Positions 11,621-23,529 of a stretch of 32,754 nucleotides of DNA are shown piece by piece; within the stretch, counting starts at the first letter, position 1, and each line of letters begins with the position of its first letter. Both the position numbers and the translations under genes were made by a program. This stretch comes from Perkinsus olseni (lineage: Eukaryota), in contig JABANN010000398.1 of NCBI GenBank assembly GCA_013115125.1, forward strand, positions 1 to 32,754, read 5' to 3'. The notes under the pieces are model-generated. The model was not told where the DNA came from, made no database searches, and saw only the letters and a program-made list of their open reading frames with translations.

Positions 11621-12990
11621 ATGAAACACCACTGATGAGCTATTGAGTTGCCAAAAATGTATTCCACTACGAGGATGACTATCCGCTTCGCTTGAATAGG
11701 ATCTCCGACCCCCCTAGCACCTCACGTTGGCCCAGCGTCAGGTTCGCTACCTCGAGTCACTCAACGAAACTGAGTCAGCGTAAAAGCCGTCATAACGAAT
11801 CGGATAACCACGGACACTTCCGTAATCTGGGACGGGGCTCGAATTATGGGATCGCGGGGCGCACGTACAACGTTCTACTTTGTTCGCGTACTTTCTTCGC
11901 TTTGTACTTTCATCTTTGTTCGCACGTACTTTGTTCGCGCGCACATCACACGAGCCCGCGCGCAGGCACAAGGGCTGCTGTTGAAGGTCTTGAGGTTCTT
12001 TGATGGAACGGCGAGGTAGGAAGCTCGCCGATGAAAAATGTTCCCTCCCTCACCGGCCACAAATAATTTAAAAAGGGGAGGGGGGGGAATCATTGAGGGG
12101 AGATCCACTCTGCCCGACTCTCTGAGGTGTCAAAATCGGGGCTGCGTACGATGTCTATGTTCACGTTCTGACGTGTCAGAATCTGAGCTCCGTACGATCC
12201 GTATGTTCAATGAAATAACGACTGTTGTGACTGTGACATCACTGCCCTCCGAGATGAGGCAAGGCGCGCTACCTCGCAAACGTCGGTGAGGTCGGCAAGA
12301 CTTCACGACGGCAGCGAACGCAACGCGAAGGCAAGCTATGCCGAGGGCAAAGGCGATGCTGCAAGCAACAATCGCGGTTCGGCAGGCAAAAGTTGCATCT
12401 CGAAGATTTCGGTTAGAAAAATCAGAGCGTCGATAGGACGACACCCGTCTACTCCAACGACGCCTGATAACTCGAACCGGTACTCAGGGCTTGCTAGAGT
12501 GGGAGGCCCAACCGGGACACTAGGCCACGCAGTGTCCCGTTGTGCGCTCGGCATGCGCACAGGTGTGCATGCGCGTGTCCACGCCTCGCGCTTCTAGACG
12601 CTGGTACATTACGAATGCTCGATGATGGTACATAGAAACGCTGCCGCATTCCCACTTAAGATCGTCAGGCTGTCTGAATTGGGCTCGCACGGCAATTCCA
12701 TGAGAACATATTGCGTTAAATGGTGATTGTCCCCCCACCCCGGGGCATGCGTGCAACTGCTGCCCATCGCAAATTCAAAACTTGCAGAAGATGCCATTAA
12801 GAGTCACCGCTGCTGATCTCTGGTGCTCTCGGCCACCGAGCAAGTGCCTTATCGCTCCCAGTAGGGTCGTTCAAACTCGATGTGTGGAGGGATCACAAAA
12901 GTTGAAAGGCGAGATGGTCACTTTCGGATAGCCCCATCGATATGAGTCTGCCTAAACGTGATCGGGGTCACGATTATAGGGCGGGTTACC

Positions 12991-13019
12991 TTCTCCCATA
13001 CCTAACGGGTATGGGAGAA
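12991..13019. repeat. Hairpin with 12-bp arms and a 5-nt loop
   Basis: TTCTCCCATACC-TAACG-GGTATGGGAGAA. Confidence 0.9.
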
Positions 13020-13074
13020 TGTTCACGGTGACCGACTGCGGACTAGCCTAGTCCGCAGTCGGTCACCGTGAACA
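13020..13074. repeat. Perfect inverted repeat, 27-bp arms with a 1-nt spacer
   Basis: TGTTCACGGTGACCGACTGCGGACTAG-C-CTAGTCCGCAGTCGGTCACCGTGAACA. Confidence 0.95.
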
Positions 13075-16030
13075 GATATTTACTCTCTCGCACGGTCGTA
13101 AGGAATTCAGCTCAGCAAGCAACACCGAACGATGGTGATGATGAGAGCAGCGTCGTCAAGTGATGAGGACCTGTTACAGATTGGAGGGCTGCTGCGCTGA
13201 CATAACGTAGTTCAACCCATGCAAGGGTCCCATCACCTTAATTGTCTCTCTTCAACACGAGAATGGCACGGAGAAAGCCTGGTCCGCGTAGGCAGCGCGG
13301 ACGGCCGCACAACTACGAAGTCGGATTCCACCATCAGGCTTAAGCATGACAACAAGGAAGAGCGAGCGCGAGAGCACCAATATCAAAACACGGCCTGGAC
13401 AAGATAGGAGTCCCAATGGCCTCAATTATATGGCGAGGAGTATTAAGGGTGTTAAGGACCGCCACTACTATGGACTCCATGGCAGATCTCAATAAATTCG
13501 GTGATATCGTTGATTTTAGCGCTCGGCCTTGGCTCGGCACTGCCGAGTCTGGCTGCCGGCGCGGCAAAGTACGCATACCATCACAAGGAGACACCATCAA
13601 AGAACTGTAGACCTCAAACCGGTCATCACAACTGGATCGTGAGATGGATATCAGCAACGCAGCTTGCGAGAAATGGTACTGGCCTTTGACGAAGGCGGAC
13701 AAATCTTCCGAATCTTGATGAAGTTTACCGAGGACGGATCGACCTCAGCGGAGTACTGTTCCTTGAATCGCCCGACATTTTGTCTGTGGAATATATCCCT
13801 CACCCAGAGCCTGACGAGAACAGATGTGAAGGCATGCTACATACTCAGAGTCTCGCTGCGTTAACTGGATAGCTGCCCGCTGTTGGCGTTGGTTAGCATT
13901 CCCCTATACCCCATCAGCAACCCCACTATGGGGTCCGCGGATAAGATAAACATGTATGGTACCGCACAGGGGACGTACATTCTGCAGTGGTGCAGCATCC
14001 GGGAGAAGCAGAGATAAGTTCTGCCTCGGCTGAAGATGTGCCCACCTGGTTCCTGCCTCCCATCCCGGTATGTGTTCAGCCGGGCGCAGCACAAGCCGTT
14101 TTGGGCCATACATGTCGTTGGTATTCTGTAGAGGGACCGCCCAGGTATCTCCCGGCCTGTCGGTACCGCGGAGCTCCTTAATCCAGATGCGGACACCATC
14201 TTCCGACCATACGACGTAACCCTGCAGTGAACAGAAGAGCGAAGTTCCCGGGGCCATAGACAGCCTTATGTTCGCAAATAACTCCGCAAAAACGTATTAG
14301 ATGATATAAGCTCTCTCCTCATCTCACCTGTTTGCCGAGTCTTGTCGAGCCGCGGCCAACGCCGCACCTTGGTTGAGTGATATCGCCATCTTATTCTTAA
14401 CAATAGTTCTAGCCCAGGACGGCATTCTTCTTAGATCAGCGGCCATGTACCTGCGCAAACTGGTATCCTTGCCGGAACCGCAGTTTGGCGCCTATCTTAC
14501 AACGGAGCGGCAATGGTGGCCCACAGGGCGAAGTGTGACTCCTGCTCGGACAGGCTTAGACCGTTGTTGCCGACCAGTACCCTGAAAGGAGGGTGAGAAC
14601 AACGACGGAAGGTGTGAAATTGCCATGATGCAGAGGATGGGAGTTCGAAGAGTGTATGGCCTCGCCCACACCGGTTATCCGGCCATCAGTGCCAGTGCCA
14701 GAGCCAGCAGCCGGGCAGTAGCCGGTATTTGTTATTACAGTTGGACACGAGAGCCGGCCTGCCAGACCCCATACCCAGTCTGGGTTGAGTCTGCGGTCTC
14801 TAGTATCCTACCTCCACATCCCGGGAGCGTGCCCTCTGCGGCCTTGGCCGTACAGCCTACTATAGCGCAAAAACTTTCTTAAGTGCGTCTCCTCCGCGTG
14901 GAAATGTCGCTCACGCGGGCCCTTCTGCGTAGGATTGTTACCAGGGTAGGAGCAGCACGAGCGATGCATTCAAGGGGGATGGCAACTCACATATCGGGGT
15001 CATTCCAATGGCCTGGACCAGCTGCTCTGACCTGAATGTAATACACAGGGGATGTTCTACTGCTGCAGGGGGACCGGTATAATAGAGGAACTCACCAGAA
15101 CGTTGGTTGGACTGTTCCGAGCCCAGAAGTTGGTGATACTCAGAACTACTGCCCAACTGTCGTAGATGTCGCCGTAGTTACGCCAGAGGTTGCAAGCCGG
15201 GGCAATCTCCTTTACGAGAACGTCATTCTTCTCACCATGGTCTGGCAGGTACGCCGGCCAACTACGTGCCATAAGGCATCGAGCGCCCACAGATGCGGTT
15301 CTTACCATACCTGCACGAGTAGAGTATCGGCCTATTCGTTGCGTTGAGGATCCTCCCGAGCTCAGGATATAACTTGCCGTAGGCCTGAAACCTACTCTGT
15401 GGTCTAAGGTGCACCATTCCCACTCACAGTCGGGTCGGCGTAGCATCCATCAACCTTTAAGGAATCAATCCCCCACTCAGCGAAGGTTTTGATGTCCTGT
15501 TCGAAGTGCCCCTCCAGGCCTGGATATCCACCGCATGTATACGTACCGATATCCTGAAGGGACCGTGCTACACCGACTGGGCCGACTGCGAGTGTTCTAC
15601 CGCGTAAAGTCCCAACTTGAGCCCTCGACGGTGCATGTAGTCTGCCAGCCATTTAATGCCGTGGGGGAATCGTTGTGGATCGGGGAGGATCTCGCCGGTC
15701 TTCTGATCTCTCCCCCTTGCTGACCAGCAATCGTCGATATTAACGTATTCATAGCCGACATCTCTGAACAGCATCATCACCATGGTAACACTGGGAGTCT
15801 TCCCTACTTGTATCCATCACGGATGAGTACATCAGCCATATCAGTGTATAACCTCTCGCTGATACAGGTATCGGGATGAGCCACACAATCAGTCTCACAG
15901 CCGAACCTCTCCCACGACAACCACCCCACGGGAGGTGTCAACGCCAGACCATTATCGAGCCCATACACAGAGTAGTGCAACCCGGAGAGGATGACCAATG
16001 ATACCAGAGTGAAAAGGAGTCGACGCATGA
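13048..16030. repeat. Segmental duplication unit B, paralogous to 8879-11620
   Basis: Shares the blocks listed for unit A; homology begins at the centre of the 13020-13074 palindrome. Confidence 0.85.
13651..16028 (-). pseudogene. GH27 copy 3, mosaic and probably frameshifted
   Basis: The 5' exons are nearly identical to copy 2 with catalytic motifs intact. In NQ(DP)LGKQ the 6 nt for DP are replaced by 29 nt (14340-14368), shifting the frame. One intron carries an insertion of about 330 bp. Confidence 0.7.
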
Positions 16031-16666
16031 GTGGTAACAAATGAATGAGATACGACTAATCAGCGGTTAACTGCTTCTGCTCTCCTTCCCTATGGTTGCG
16101 ACCTCCCGCGCATCATCAGACAGCCCCACCGCGAGTGAGACGTTCAGCCAGATAAAAGCCACAACGGATAGGGGTTATCGGGGAAGTGAGTCTCATATTA
16201 TGAGTAGGTATGATAGCACTCGAACACAGAGATGTTCAATCAACATACGAACTGCCAGGCACGTATGGCTGCCTTTACCGGACAACTCCGATGCTACAAG
16301 AATCCAATCTCAATAGCCTTTCCACGGGATTAAACAGAACCATATACCCATTTACAGCGTCGAGTGGAGTGAGTAGTGACAAATCCTAGCCGCTGATTGG
16401 TGGGCCGTTTTTTACTGCTAGTCTAACACTCTAGATGGGGATCGCAAGCCTTCAACACAACGAGGCGGCAATGAACTCGACAGACCCGTGGGTTCTGATC
16501 GAAATCATCTGTATCATCATCTCATGCGAACATCGCTCCAAGTAGAGAGCACGAAATGGCGGATAGAAAACGGCCGCTGAAGAAGAGGACTGGAGACGGA
16601 CCTACCGGAGGGAGGTAAGCTCGCTGTTGAACATCAGAGTATCACACTCACCAAGCGGGAGCACAT

Positions 16667-19352
16667 TCAGCCGATCATGATACTCGCGCGGCCTTCCTTC
16701 GTTTCCCCACTGGGAACGTCGTTCACCCCATCGGAAGGGGGAGTTGCGAAGTGTGGATTGGAGGTGAAATCTGACGCACCCCACGAGATACCGGTCTGGG
16801 GCACAGCGGAGCCAGTGTGGCTGTTGATAGGCTGAGGACATAGCCCCTCCAACTACACTGAAACCGGTGTTTTGTACTTCCACTTGGGTAGAGCAATTAA
16901 GGAAGCGGATCAATGAAGAGGGAGTTTGACTCATCACAAGGGAGGCGGCAGTGCACCCACCGAGATAGAGCGAGAAGAGCATGTGGAGGGCCTCGATGAT
17001 ACTTGCCGTGCTGTTGTCGTGTACGGGGATGTCCAGCATAGCGCAAATTATCCTGAGGTTGAAGCAAGCAAGATACCAACAAAATCGATGCTCATGAATC
17101 GTCAAACAGTGGTGGCGATCTTCTGAGAATGACAGAGTTTTTACCGAATATACGTGACTAGGTCCACATCCAAATCCGGGCTTGGGTCAGGTAGAGCAGC
17201 TGTCGAAGAAAGATACTCCTCCATCTCTGGTGGCCATGCCTGAGCTTGGGGACCTATCCTATAAGGTTGGTTGCGCGGAAGATACCTGCATGAGCCGCTC
17301 GACAGACGGCATCTTGTGGGAGTAGTTCATGACTGATGAGGTTGTAGCCCCTTCTTTATGTAACTCATCGATCTGGGAAATCCAATTGTCAACCTAGGCA
17401 ATGGCAGGTCGTGAAGATACGCCTTCTCGTAATCATCATCCTGAGGTTGGCACCTCCCTCTGGTTGATAGTCTCGGGGTAAGGAACCCTGCGAACCCTCA
17501 GCGAATCAACCTTCCCGCACTGTGTCACCGATCGGAGTTTCTAAGGCAAATGCGTCAGGTCAGCAGGTCCCGTGATACGGGTGAGCTCACCAGCTGCACC
17601 ACTGCAGGGTCGCTCTGGCTCAAAGTCGGCTCATCGAGCTCCACCAGACCCAGTCCATTCAGCTGAATCGACGACGTGAGTGGCCTCCATGATACTCTCA
17701 TACCTTGGACATCACATCCGTCACTCCCACACCGGTATCAGGGCCCTCCCCCCTCGAACCCCCTCTGAGCCCTGCACTCGGCGGGGGTATCTTCAGGGCT
17801 GCGTCGACCTGCTCCAAACTTCACACATCCAAAGCTGGTCAACTTAGGTGGCATGATACCTCCCCAACGGCCGGTATGAGGTCGGGTATGAAGGGTTTGA
17901 GGCGTGTCTCCAGCTCCACAGTGTGAGGGTTATAACGTCCGATGTACCCGAAGAGATCTTTAATCTCATTCGATACGTTGAGATTGGCGAAGTCCTCGGC
18001 ACGATACCTGATGCGGCAGTGTGAAGGAGGCCCTCGAAGGGAGCATGGCCCACCCTCGAGTGGTAGGAGGGTCCACGCTGCCCCTGACCAGCTTATGCGT
18101 CCCTGAAGACTGTGCCTTGACCTCCGCACCCGGAGGCGAATCGCCAGCTGACGATGACGACGATGACGAGGACCTGAGTCGAACCCCCGCGTTCTCCACT
18201 GTCCTCAACCTGATCCCGATACGAGCCATGATGGATCGGGATGAGGGCATATCCTGGCGAAGCAGCACTACCCAGAAGACGATGAGGATGCCGAGGACGA
18301 GGAGCTCTCCGCACTCCCATGGTCATGCCCCACTTTCTTTACACTGGGCACCGGTACTTGCCCAGATTGGTCGGCCTCAGGCATGAGACTTCCTGCCGAT
18401 GGCGCAGCAGCCTGATATGCAGTATCCAAGTTTCGATAATCTCGCCTCCACACAGTTGCTAACGGAACCGCAACAGATTTCCAAAGAAGGAATTACAGCC
18501 CAGGATAGGATGTTCGAAGCAGACGCGCCCTACGGAACAATAGCAGCGGGATAACCCAAGCCCATTCGACTGCTCCCGTAAGGGACTCTGCAATCATCTC
18601 TGAGGCAAGGCGACACCCCCAGCAGGTAATGGAAAAACGACTTCGATAATATTTTTTGGGGGCACCCACTAACAGCCACGAGTGAGCTACGGAGGAAACC
18701 CGAAAATTCCGCGTCTGGCTAAGTGAACGCCCACCTGAGCAGTTTCTCTTGTGGGCGGAGAACCCGTAGTGAAATTCCTCGATTCGAGAACGGCAACTTC
18801 AGTAGAGGAGCCCAGAGGACCGGTAATCTCATCAGTGGGAAATTTTGGAGAGACATCACGTGCTCCATCGCTGCCACGACTACTGCGAGGAGTAGATACA
18901 CTGTCTTCGCCGCTCTCTGAGATACACCTCTGTCATCCCTATGGCGACTGTGACTCCCACCGTAGTGGCTGGCGTGGGGCTCCTTATCCTGAGGACTGCC
19001 CTGAACCTCCACATCAGAGCTGATCTCCTCTTCTTCTTCATCGTCTATCGGGTGGTCGCCCTGCAGCACGTCGAAGACCTCATCATAGGGTCTGTTGTCG
19101 ATAACCCTTCTGCTGTTACTCGTTGTGAACTCTGACACAGTCCATATATACTTATTATGGCACTGATTAGTGTAATCTTATTATGCTTATAGCGCAGTCC
19201 TTTATCGAATTGATAGGCAATTGAAACGAGGATTCACCCCCCCCCCTTCGCGATAGAGGACGGCAGAAGTGTTAAGAGGAAAACTCACTCGATGAGAACT
19301 CGCTCTCACTCTCCTCTGATTGTGGTTCTTCAAAGTACCCCGTAGCAGCCAT
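16667..19352 (-). CDS. IFT46: Intraflagellar transport protein 46 (IFT-B complex), multi-exon
   Basis: Exons give IDNRPYDEVFDV, acidic low-complexity linkers, YRAEDFANLNVSNEIKDLFGYIGRYNPHTVELETRLKPFIPDLIPAVGEVDA, DEPTLSQSDP, YSHKMPSVERLMQAWPPEME, ICAMLDIPV...IIEALHMLFSLY and FTSNPHF. The start MAATGYFEEP at 19352 splices in phase to the DNRPYDE exon. Confidence 0.92.
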
Positions 19353-20099
19353 CGAGTGACAGCGAAGTGTCTGGTGAATAACAACCGCCTTAGACGAAAT
19401 CCCCAACAGCACGAAGACAACCTCCGCCCTCATTGACCGACTCTCACTCGACAATGCCAGGGTCTATTCGACGATATTGTGGTAATATTACAACATGGCG
19501 CTTCCGAGACACTCCGTATGGGGAGAACTCTTCGAGTCAAATTGGAGGCGCCTTTTCCATCGCCGTGGATGTCAGTGACAGACCTCTCGATCGTGGTGGG
19601 GACATCATACGATCGGAGGGGCGAGAGGGGACCTCTAATACCTAGCAGAGATGCGGTAGGGATTCCCTACCGCATAATGCAAGACTCTCCATCACGTTAC
19701 GGAAAGAAGGGTGCAGCCAGCACTCAAGCACCCGTCGTACCTTGTGGACGTCTGCCCGTCCTATAAATCTTCAAACGACGACAGCGTACGAACAACTGAA
19801 CTCATCCCAACTGGGTTGGTAATTCATTGAACGCAACTACTACACCTCTCCGACTTGTTCTCGATCAGTTAAACCATGATCTTACGAGGAAGAAGCAGTA
19901 CAGTAGCGTGATTGCAGAGGTTCTGGAAACTTTGATGAGCAGGACTAAGTCCGAGCCTGGCGGGCAGTAAAGCGGCACTTCCCCGCACTGTAGGGATGCT
20001 CTTGGGGGCGAAACAAGCCGCGCATGGCACGGAGTTACCGGGCTCCCAACAGTGTGTGTGAGTTTATAGTCTAACGCCGGTCCCGGCTTAGAATCCTCA

Positions 20100-20770
20100 C
20101 AGTTTCATGACAACGATCAACGAACTATTCGCATACTGGACATCCGAAATACCTTGGCCCAACCCGGCAAACGGCTCAGCCTCGCGGCGGGCAGACACCA
20201 CCGCTCGAGGCATTCGAGCGAGCGGCCAGCGCCATATCATGTGGAGGCCTCCCGTCACGTCTAACGACAGTCTACGGTTCCTCAGTTGTCGAACTATCGT
20301 GAACCGGTTTAATAGGACAGAACCATAAGGGACGCTACCAAGTCTGGAGTGCAAACAGGCAAGCACGTACACGTAGTAAGTGAAGCCAGATTTATCGAAC
20401 CGACCTTGTCCGCAATAGTTGGAGTCGGCGATTCTCTGATCACCTAGATACCTCTTCTTGCTTTAACCTATGACGAACCTGACAACCCGAAGTTGATTAT
20501 CCCCACTGTGTGTTCAACGTAATTGCCAAGTTCGGTGCTGACCCCCAAGGGGACGGCACGGTTTACAGCCCTGATGGTAGACTTTATTATTTCTACTCTC
20601 AAACTCGGGCCATCGGGAAAGTTAGGTTGGCGAGGAAATATGATCTCCACGGTGTAGCAGTAGGTTTCGGTAGGGCAACTGACTCAGAATTGATGTTTTG
20701 GTCGAGTTTGCTTGGCTCAGACCGCCGTTGATTCAGTTCAGCATGGATCAGCAGTGGCTGCTCATCGCCG
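20100..20770 (+). pseudogene. Degenerate GH18 (chitinase-like) fold fragment
   Basis: IPLLALTY...[frameshift]...FGADPQGDGTVYSPDGRLYYFYSQTRAIGKVRLARKYDLHGVAV resembles the GH18 C-terminal 'KVxxAxxxxLxGV' segment. No intact frame or DxxDxDxE motif was found. Confidence 0.45.
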
Positions 20771-21558
20771 ACTGCCATGGGGGCTTCATAACGGTCGTTA
20801 TCGTATTACTTGGCTTCTGAGATTCATTTTTACAGCCTGACTAGTACTTTCAATAAGACTTTTTCATCTCGGATGGGGCGGGTTGAGTTGTTCACACAAA
20901 ACTGTGGGGTGGGGGGGGGGGTGGTGGAAGGCAATTGTCCGACTGTCCAACAACTTGGGAGGCTGATCTACAGGGACTGCCCAGGACGCCCAAACCTTCA
21001 AGTTTGCGGACCCTAGAATCGAATGTGAAGCAAAAGTAATAATGTCGGAGATTTACTTCTAGAGGCCAAACGACTGCAATAACAACACTTTCACCTACTG
21101 CTGTCAGCGGCAATCTCCACAGGGGTACGATCAGTCAATCCCGCACGCCTCTTCTCAATACGCCATCATCAGCATCTACCTGCCGAGGTTCACAATCCTA
21201 TTGAGGAATTAAGGGCAATGCCTTCAGCGGCTCAACACAGGTCCGGAGGCTCATGCGGATGAATCTACCAAGTCCGTGGCATTTCATTCCCGCTATTTCG
21301 CGACGAATTGCACCCTACGCCAAAGAGGACCACCTCGCCATAGTGATCGCTTAGTGCGATTATCGTTACGACCACATCAGCAGTGATGACGAACAATATA
21401 TGATATATCATACAGACAAGTCTTGCCATCAGGCTCACCGAGGTCGAGAGGGTTGTACAAGCTAGCCCTTCCGGCTTAAAATCTTCTCAAGACAGCAGAA
21501 AGGACTACTAAACTCACCTCAACTGATTCAAGAGTTCATCAAATTGTTTACCACATTC

Positions 21559-23529
21559 CTATTCCCCAGGAATAGAACCACGATCATGCGAGGGATGAGC
21601 AGCATCAAAAGGCTGAGCCGTGCCAACGTGAGGACAGTCCGAGCGGTCATGGAACAGATGCATGGCAAAGGGAGATGAGTAACAAAATACTTGAGGCCGT
21701 GTAGCAATCTGAGTAGCACCACTACTTGGCTCTCCTTCTCCTTGCTCCCTCAGAAGGAACACTCGAACGCTCCGGGGCGCGACTGGAAAATCCACCGAGG
21801 CTCGGTGACCGAGCTTATATAGGACTGTCCAAGGTTCTCGTGCGCGAACAGGTCTCGTACGGTGAATTTGGAACGATACCACCACGAGATCGCGTTGCGT
21901 TGCCAAGAAGACACTTACCCCTCGATCGCCTTTCAGTGTACAAAAGATGAGTCCGTCACGAACCCACCTGGTCCCAGAATTCCAGCCCGGGATCTTGGTC
22001 GCGTCAATCTTGAGCGTGACGTTCTGAGTGAGGAAGTTCTGCAACACTGTGGCCCATCGGGCCTTGCCTCCTTCTGGGGAGAGCTCTTTCACCCACACCC
22101 GAACGTTAGACGTATTAGTGTAGATTGGGTATCCCTGAAGCAGAGGCCGATCCAACTCCCCCATCAACAGCTTGATGCTCGGGAATTCCTCACCATCTTC
22201 CCCAAGGGGTCCTGGTTAACAGCGATGATTTCCTTATTCTGCAGGATTCCCTTCGTCCCAGGCGGCATGTTGTACAGATTATTGCTCATCAACCTGTATG
22301 ACGATAGGATAACGGAAAGTTATGGTACAGTCAAGCCCTACAAAGGGCTGGAGAAGATGGACCAGAGAGCCTTCTGAGCTTGGTATCGAGGAATGCTGTT
22401 GTTGGACATCCCTATTAGGATCCTAAGAAACACCGAACTCCGCTGAACAGCGCGAGGAGAACTCGTCGACTACATATCAGCATCATTGAAGTGGCCTGGA
22501 GTCCAGGCCCCGGACCACTTGCACGAACCTGATAGTGAACCGATAATGATAGGATACGGAGGAGTTCTTCGTACACCTCCAACTCCCCATGGGGTCGTCC
22601 GCGCCTGCCGGGCGTGCGAAGATGTCCACAGTATTTTGCAGGCACTCCCAGGTATCCTTATTATCGTCACACATACGCCAGTAATTGCAGTTAGGGGCGA
22701 CGTCAGTGACTATTTTGTCGCCATCGAGAAGATGTCCGGGTGTGAAGAACGGCCAACTACCCACGAAAAGGTCTCCGCGTGAGTGAGCCGGGAAAGTATG
22801 GCGCTTACCTGCACTCATACAGAATTGGCCTTCCAGTCTGGTTCAATGCTCTTCCGAAATCCGGATAGTCGGTTCCGAACTTCTACGGCAGCGGTCTGTT
22901 GCGATAATTATCGAGCAATCGCCGACTCACCACGTAGTCCGCGAAGCATCCGTCAACTGTGATCGAATCAACGCCCCAGTCGGCGTAGGTCTGTGCATCA
23001 ATATCGTGATGGCCCTCGCTGCCCGGGTAGAGGGCACATGTCATCGTACCGATGTCCTGCATAGGGAAGCAGGCTTTCACGTTCCTCGCGGGGAGTGGTA
23101 ACTTCTACAGTATAGAGACCAAATTTGAGGCCCTTGGAGTGAACATAGTCCGCCAAGCCCTTGATTCCGTTCGGGAATCTTTCTGGATCAGCAACCATCC
23201 TGCCATCGACAGCACGCTCCTTCTGTGCCCAACAATCATCAACATTAACATACTCATACCCGACATCCCTGAGGAGAATATGCTACAGCCATCGAGCGAA
23301 GGGAGGCTCACTTGTAGCCTTGATCGACCAGAGCATCAGCCATGCGCTTGTACAGACCCTCGTTGACGCAGCTGTCGGGATGGTTGCCACAATCCGTTTC
23401 ACATCAATACCTCTCCAAGCTGATCCATGCCATCGGGGGTGTCAGCCCGAGACCGTTGCTGAGCCCCGTGACGATCACGGAGAATGATGATGCAATCAAG
23501 GTGTTGTAAGCATGATGAGCGAGAGCCAT
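21559..23529 (-). pseudogene. GH27 copy 4, diverged paralog with inactivating lesions
   Basis: LSNGLGLTPPMAWISLERY*CETDC (in-frame TGA at 23404-23406), [64 protein letters not shown]. The last splice acceptor is AA instead of AG (21868-21869) and there is a frameshift at TATATA (about 21816-21821). Confidence 0.8.

Noticed and set aside
20903..20927. G-rich run (potential G-quadruplex); a similar run lies at about 12075-12087
   Set aside because: Simple homopolymer-like tracts with no supporting context.
4841..23487. Numerous plus-strand ORFs overlapping GH27 and IFT46 exons (e.g. 6290-6478, 11117-11305, 15535-15723, 21862-22377)
   Set aside because: These are antisense shadows of minus-strand genes; their repetition reflects paralogy only.
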